From Melioribacter roseus (GTDB taxonomy: Bacteria; Bacteroidota; Ignavibacteria; Ignavibacteriales; Melioribacteraceae), in the NCBI GenBank assembly GCA_020722065.1, contig DYLK01000001.1:16387-80386 (forward strand): a stretch of DNA of 64,000 bases, read 5' to 3'. A program made the translations under genes and the position numbers. The notes under the pieces are model-generated. The model ran no database searches. It was not told where the DNA came from and saw only the letters and a list, made by a program, of their open reading frames with translations. Below, one piece after another: positions 61,366 to 64,000 of the stretch; positions within the stretch are counted from its first letter, which is position 1; every line of letters starts with the position of its first letter.

Positions 61366-62391
61366 ATGGCAATTTTTAATTTTCTTTCGAATGATTTAGG
61401 AATAGATTTAGGAACAGCTAATACATTAATTCACGTTAAAGGGAAGGGAATTGTTCTCAACGAACCATCTATTGTGGCTTTCGACAAATATACCAAGAAA
61501 ATACTAAGTATTGGAAACGAAGCAAAACAAATTATGGGAAGAGAACATGGGGATATTCGTGTCTCTCGTCCAATGCGAGATGGAGTAATTGCTGATTTTG
61601 AAATTGCTGAAGGAATGATAAGAGCATTTATAAAAAAAATAAGCTCAAATTCGCTATCAACAAGAAGAATTGTAATAGCAGTACCAAGCGGAGTTACTGA
61701 AGTTGAAAAAAGAGCAGTCCGCGATTCGGCAGAACATGCTGGAGCGAAAGAAGTTCATTTAATTTATGAACCAATGGCTGCTGCAATTGGAATAGGGATA
61801 GATGTTAGTCAATCAGTTGGAAATATGATTGTTGATATTGGTGGTGGGACAACTGAAATTGCTGTCATTTCACTATCTGGTATTGTTCGAGTTGAGTCAA
61901 TTCGAGTGGCAGGCGATGAAATGAACAACGCTATTATGCAATTTTTTAAGAAAAATCATAACTTACTTATTGGTGAAAGAACAGCAGAAGCAATAAAATG
62001 TGAAGTTGGCTCGGCAGTTCCATTAAAAGAAGAAGTTAAAATTAATGTAAAAGGAAGGGATTTAGTAGCTGGAATTCCAAAAACTATTGAAGTAAACTCT
62101 GCCGAAATACGTGGATCACTTGCAGAAAATGTTAGCCAAATAATTGACGCAGTCAAAAGAACATTAGAACAAACTCCACCAGAATTATCTTCAGATTTAC
62201 TTGAAAGAGGAATTATGTTAACAGGAGGCGGCGCACTTCTGAAAGGATTAGATAAAAGAATCAGAATGGAAACTGAACTGCCCGTTCATGTAGCTGATGA
62301 CCCGTTAACCGCAGTTGCACGTGGTGTTGGAAAATCTGTTGATAATATAAATCACTATTCAAGAGTATTTATTAGGAAAAGAACATTTTGA
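61366..62391 (+). CDS. mreB: Rod shape-determining protein MreB
   Basis: 341 aa. Motifs DLGIDLGTANTLI, RPM.DGVIADF, EPMAAAIG, VDIGGGTTE and LTGGGALL.GLD. Confidence 0.97.
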   Translation: MAIFNFLSNDLGIDLGTANTLIHVKGKGIVLNEPSIVAFDKYTKKILSIGNEAKQIMGREHGDIRVSRPMRDGVIADFEIAEGMIRAFIKKISSNSLSTRRIVIAVPSGVTEVEKRAVRDSAEHAGAKEVHLIYEPMAAAIGIGIDVSQSVGNMIVDIGGGTTEIAVISLSGIVRVESIRVAGDEMNNAIMQFFKKNHNLLIGERTAEAIKCEVGSAVPLKEEVKINVKGRDLVAGIPKTIEVNSAEIRGSLAENVSQIIDAVKRTLEQTPPELSSDLLERGIMLTGGGALLKGLDKRIRMETELPVHVADDPLTAVARGVGKSVDNINHYSRVFIRKRTF

Positions 62392-63209
62392 TTGATAAAA
62401 AGAAAATAATCGACAAATACAGAGATTATTTCTTCCTTTTCTCTTTTGTTTTGATTAGTCTTTTTTTGATTTCGTCTGATAAATCAGATCCAAATTCAAG
62501 TGGGAAAAAAATGTTTTTCACAATTTTTGCTTTGAATAACTCTTTGATTAATCATCTAATTCCAAATTCCAACTTAGCTTATAGATACGAAAAAGAAGTT
62601 AGAAAATCTGCAGAATTAATGTTGGAAAATTCATTACTTCGCAAATATGGAATTGAGAATATTCAGTTGAAAGAAATGCTAAAATTCAAGGAAAATTCTA
62701 CAAATGAACTTGTTTTTGGTGAAATAGTTGGAAGAGATTTATCACATACAAAAAGTTTTCTGATTGTTAATTTGAGTAAATCTGATTCAATTCAACCTGG
62801 GATGACAGTAATAACTTCGGATGGATTTTTAGGAATTGTCGAAATTGTTACAAATAATTACTCCAAAATTTCAACTCTTCAAAATTCTAATACAAAAATC
62901 ACTGTTTCAGTTGAAAGAAGTGGCATTAACGGAATGCTTGAATGGAATGGGAAAAATTTAGTGATGAGAAATATTCCATCAAATTATGATGTTAGAACCG
63001 GCGACAGAGTTGTAGTTTCTTCAATTTCAGCAAAATATGAACCCAATATTCCAATTGGAATAATTAAATCAAAATCAACTTCAATTTCAGGCTTTGTATC
63101 TGATTTTGAAATTGAACCTTTCAATAAAGCGGAATCTGTTAGAAATTGTTTCATTCTTAAAAAAACGAATTTGAAAATTCAAGAAGTAACCAAAAATGAA
63201 GAACTATAA
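62388..63209 (+). CDS. mreC: Rod shape-determining protein MreC
   Basis: 273 aa. TTG start overlapping the mreB stop (TTGA). It has an N-terminal TM helix, a coiled-coil (LENSLLRK..ENIQLKEMLKFKE) and a beta-domain (PGMTVITSDGFLG.V; GDRVV.S), and sits between mreB and mreD. Confidence 0.85.
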   Translation: MIDKKKIIDKYRDYFFLFSFVLISLFLISSDKSDPNSSGKKMFFTIFALNNSLINHLIPNSNLAYRYEKEVRKSAELMLENSLLRKYGIENIQLKEMLKFKENSTNELVFGEIVGRDLSHTKSFLIVNLSKSDSIQPGMTVITSDGFLGIVEIVTNNYSKISTLQNSNTKITVSVERSGINGMLEWNGKNLVMRNIPSNYDVRTGDRVVVSSISAKYEPNIPIGIIKSKSTSISGFVSDFEIEPFNKAESVRNCFILKKTNLKIQEVTKNEEL

Positions 63210-63687
63210 ATTAATTGTATTGTTTTTACTCTTATTTTTTGGGTTAACTATTCTTCAAAGTACAATAATCCAATTCATTGAGATTGAAGGAATCACTCCG
63301 TTTTTGCCGATTTTTGTGATAATTTATATAAGCATTATGTTTAATAGAAATTTTGGGATGTTTATCTCGTTTTTGCTTGGGTTATTTTTCGATTTACTTA
63401 CTGCTTCAAATCTTGGAATTACTTCGCTTGGTTTTGTACTTATTTCATTTTTTGGATTTTCACTTAAAAAGCACATTCAGACTGATAATTTACCTGCAAG
63501 GCTAACAATTATTGTTAGCATTTTACTTTTTATTTTTTTCGTAACTACTCAATTTTTCTCAATAAACTATACAATTAGTTTTGGAATGTTCTTACTAAAT
63601 GTTTTGTTTTCAACAATTTATACTCTTTTGATTTTTCTACCTTTTCTATTTTATGAAATCAATTTTTACATAAAAGACAATGAATAA
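63196..63687 (+). CDS. mreD: Rod shape-determining protein MreD
   Basis: 163 aa, fully hydrophobic with about 5 TM helices. The call rests mainly on its position after mreC and before PBP2. Confidence 0.75.
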   Translation: MKNYKLIVLFLLLFFGLTILQSTIIQFIEIEGITPFLPIFVIIYISIMFNRNFGMFISFLLGLFFDLLTASNLGITSLGFVLISFFGFSLKKHIQTDNLPARLTIIVSILLFIFFVTTQFFSINYTISFGMFLLNVLFSTIYTLLIFLPFLFYEINFYIKDNE

Positions 63688-64000
63688 TCAAAGTAATTTT
63701 CAACAAAGTAGAATTCTATTTTGGATTATTAGTATTACGATTACAATCTTTTCATTTCAATTAATCCGATTACAACTTATTGATTATGAAATATATAATA
63801 AAAAATCTATTAATAATTCGATTAAAATAATTCCAATTCCAGCTTCTCGCGGTGTTTTTTTTGATAGAAATTTTAAAGTTGTTGTGGGAAATAAACCAGT
63901 TTACCAAGTTACAGTAATTCCAGCTTTTTTTGATACAACCAATTTCCAAAAAATTGAGAAAATGATTGAAATTGATAGTCTTGCACGATTATCAGTTGGG
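63680..64000 (+). CDS. mrdA: Penicillin-binding protein 2 (elongasome transpeptidase), N-terminal fragment running off the right edge
   Basis: Not in the track because it is truncated. My translation is MNNQSNFQQSRILFWIISITITIFSFQLIRLQLIDYEIYNKKSINNSIKIIPIPASRGVFFDRNFKVVVGNKPVYQVTVIP... It shows a TM anchor, the L..LQ....Y...S..N pattern and RG.I.DRN, and it follows mreBCD. It overlaps mreD by 8 nt. Confidence 0.8.
   Translation, partial: MNNQSNFQQSRILFWIISITITIFSFQLIRLQLIDYEIYNKKSINNSIKIIPIPASRGVFFDRNFKVVVGNKPVYQVTVIPAFFDTTNFQKIEKMIEIDSLARLSVG

Overview
This is an AT-rich window (about one-third G+C by eye) with about 58 protein genes, many joined by 1-17 nt overlaps. It reads as core chromosome of an FCB-group bacterium (Ignavibacteria/Bacteroidota-like). 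Supporting this are a Y_Y_Y propeller sensor kinase, DUF4270-, DUF4834-, DUF2807- and DUF1684-like proteins, and a TTTG-N20-TAnnTTTG promoter. GGAGG-type Shine-Dalgarno sites are also visible. Most content is housekeeping: purE, purA, purN-purH, aroK-aroB, tag, hsp20-dnaK, birA, hutI, glgA, glyA, priA-recG-gpsA-plsY, mutS, folB-folK, ispE, tsaC and mreBCD-mrdA. I recognised no rRNA, tRNA, CRISPR array, transposase/integrase, prophage or obvious defence island.

The most system-like region is 12.1-20.3 kb. It holds an ECF-type sigma factor with no classical anti-sigma partner, surrounded by three differently wired PP2C/SpoIIE phosphatases (polytopic membrane; cytoplasmic GAF; PDZ-polytopic-GAF), two STAS antagonists and one RsbW-like kinase. 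The second notable item is a 1309-aa protein at 3.8-7.8 kb with a TPR-like N-terminus and three tandem CbbX/SpoVK/EccA-type AAA+ modules, the middle one carrying dead Walker motifs.

Smaller observations:
- a decayed GNAT pseudogene
- a GC-rich hairpin/terminator with a CCCCCC tract that may be a small RNA
- a sigma-54-like -24/-12 element upstream of hsp20-dnaK
- a perfect 19-bp palindrome between hutI and glgA
- a STAS-purA-histidine kinase operon with TAATG coupling

All family assignments come from motif recognition by eye in the supplied translations. No database search was run.
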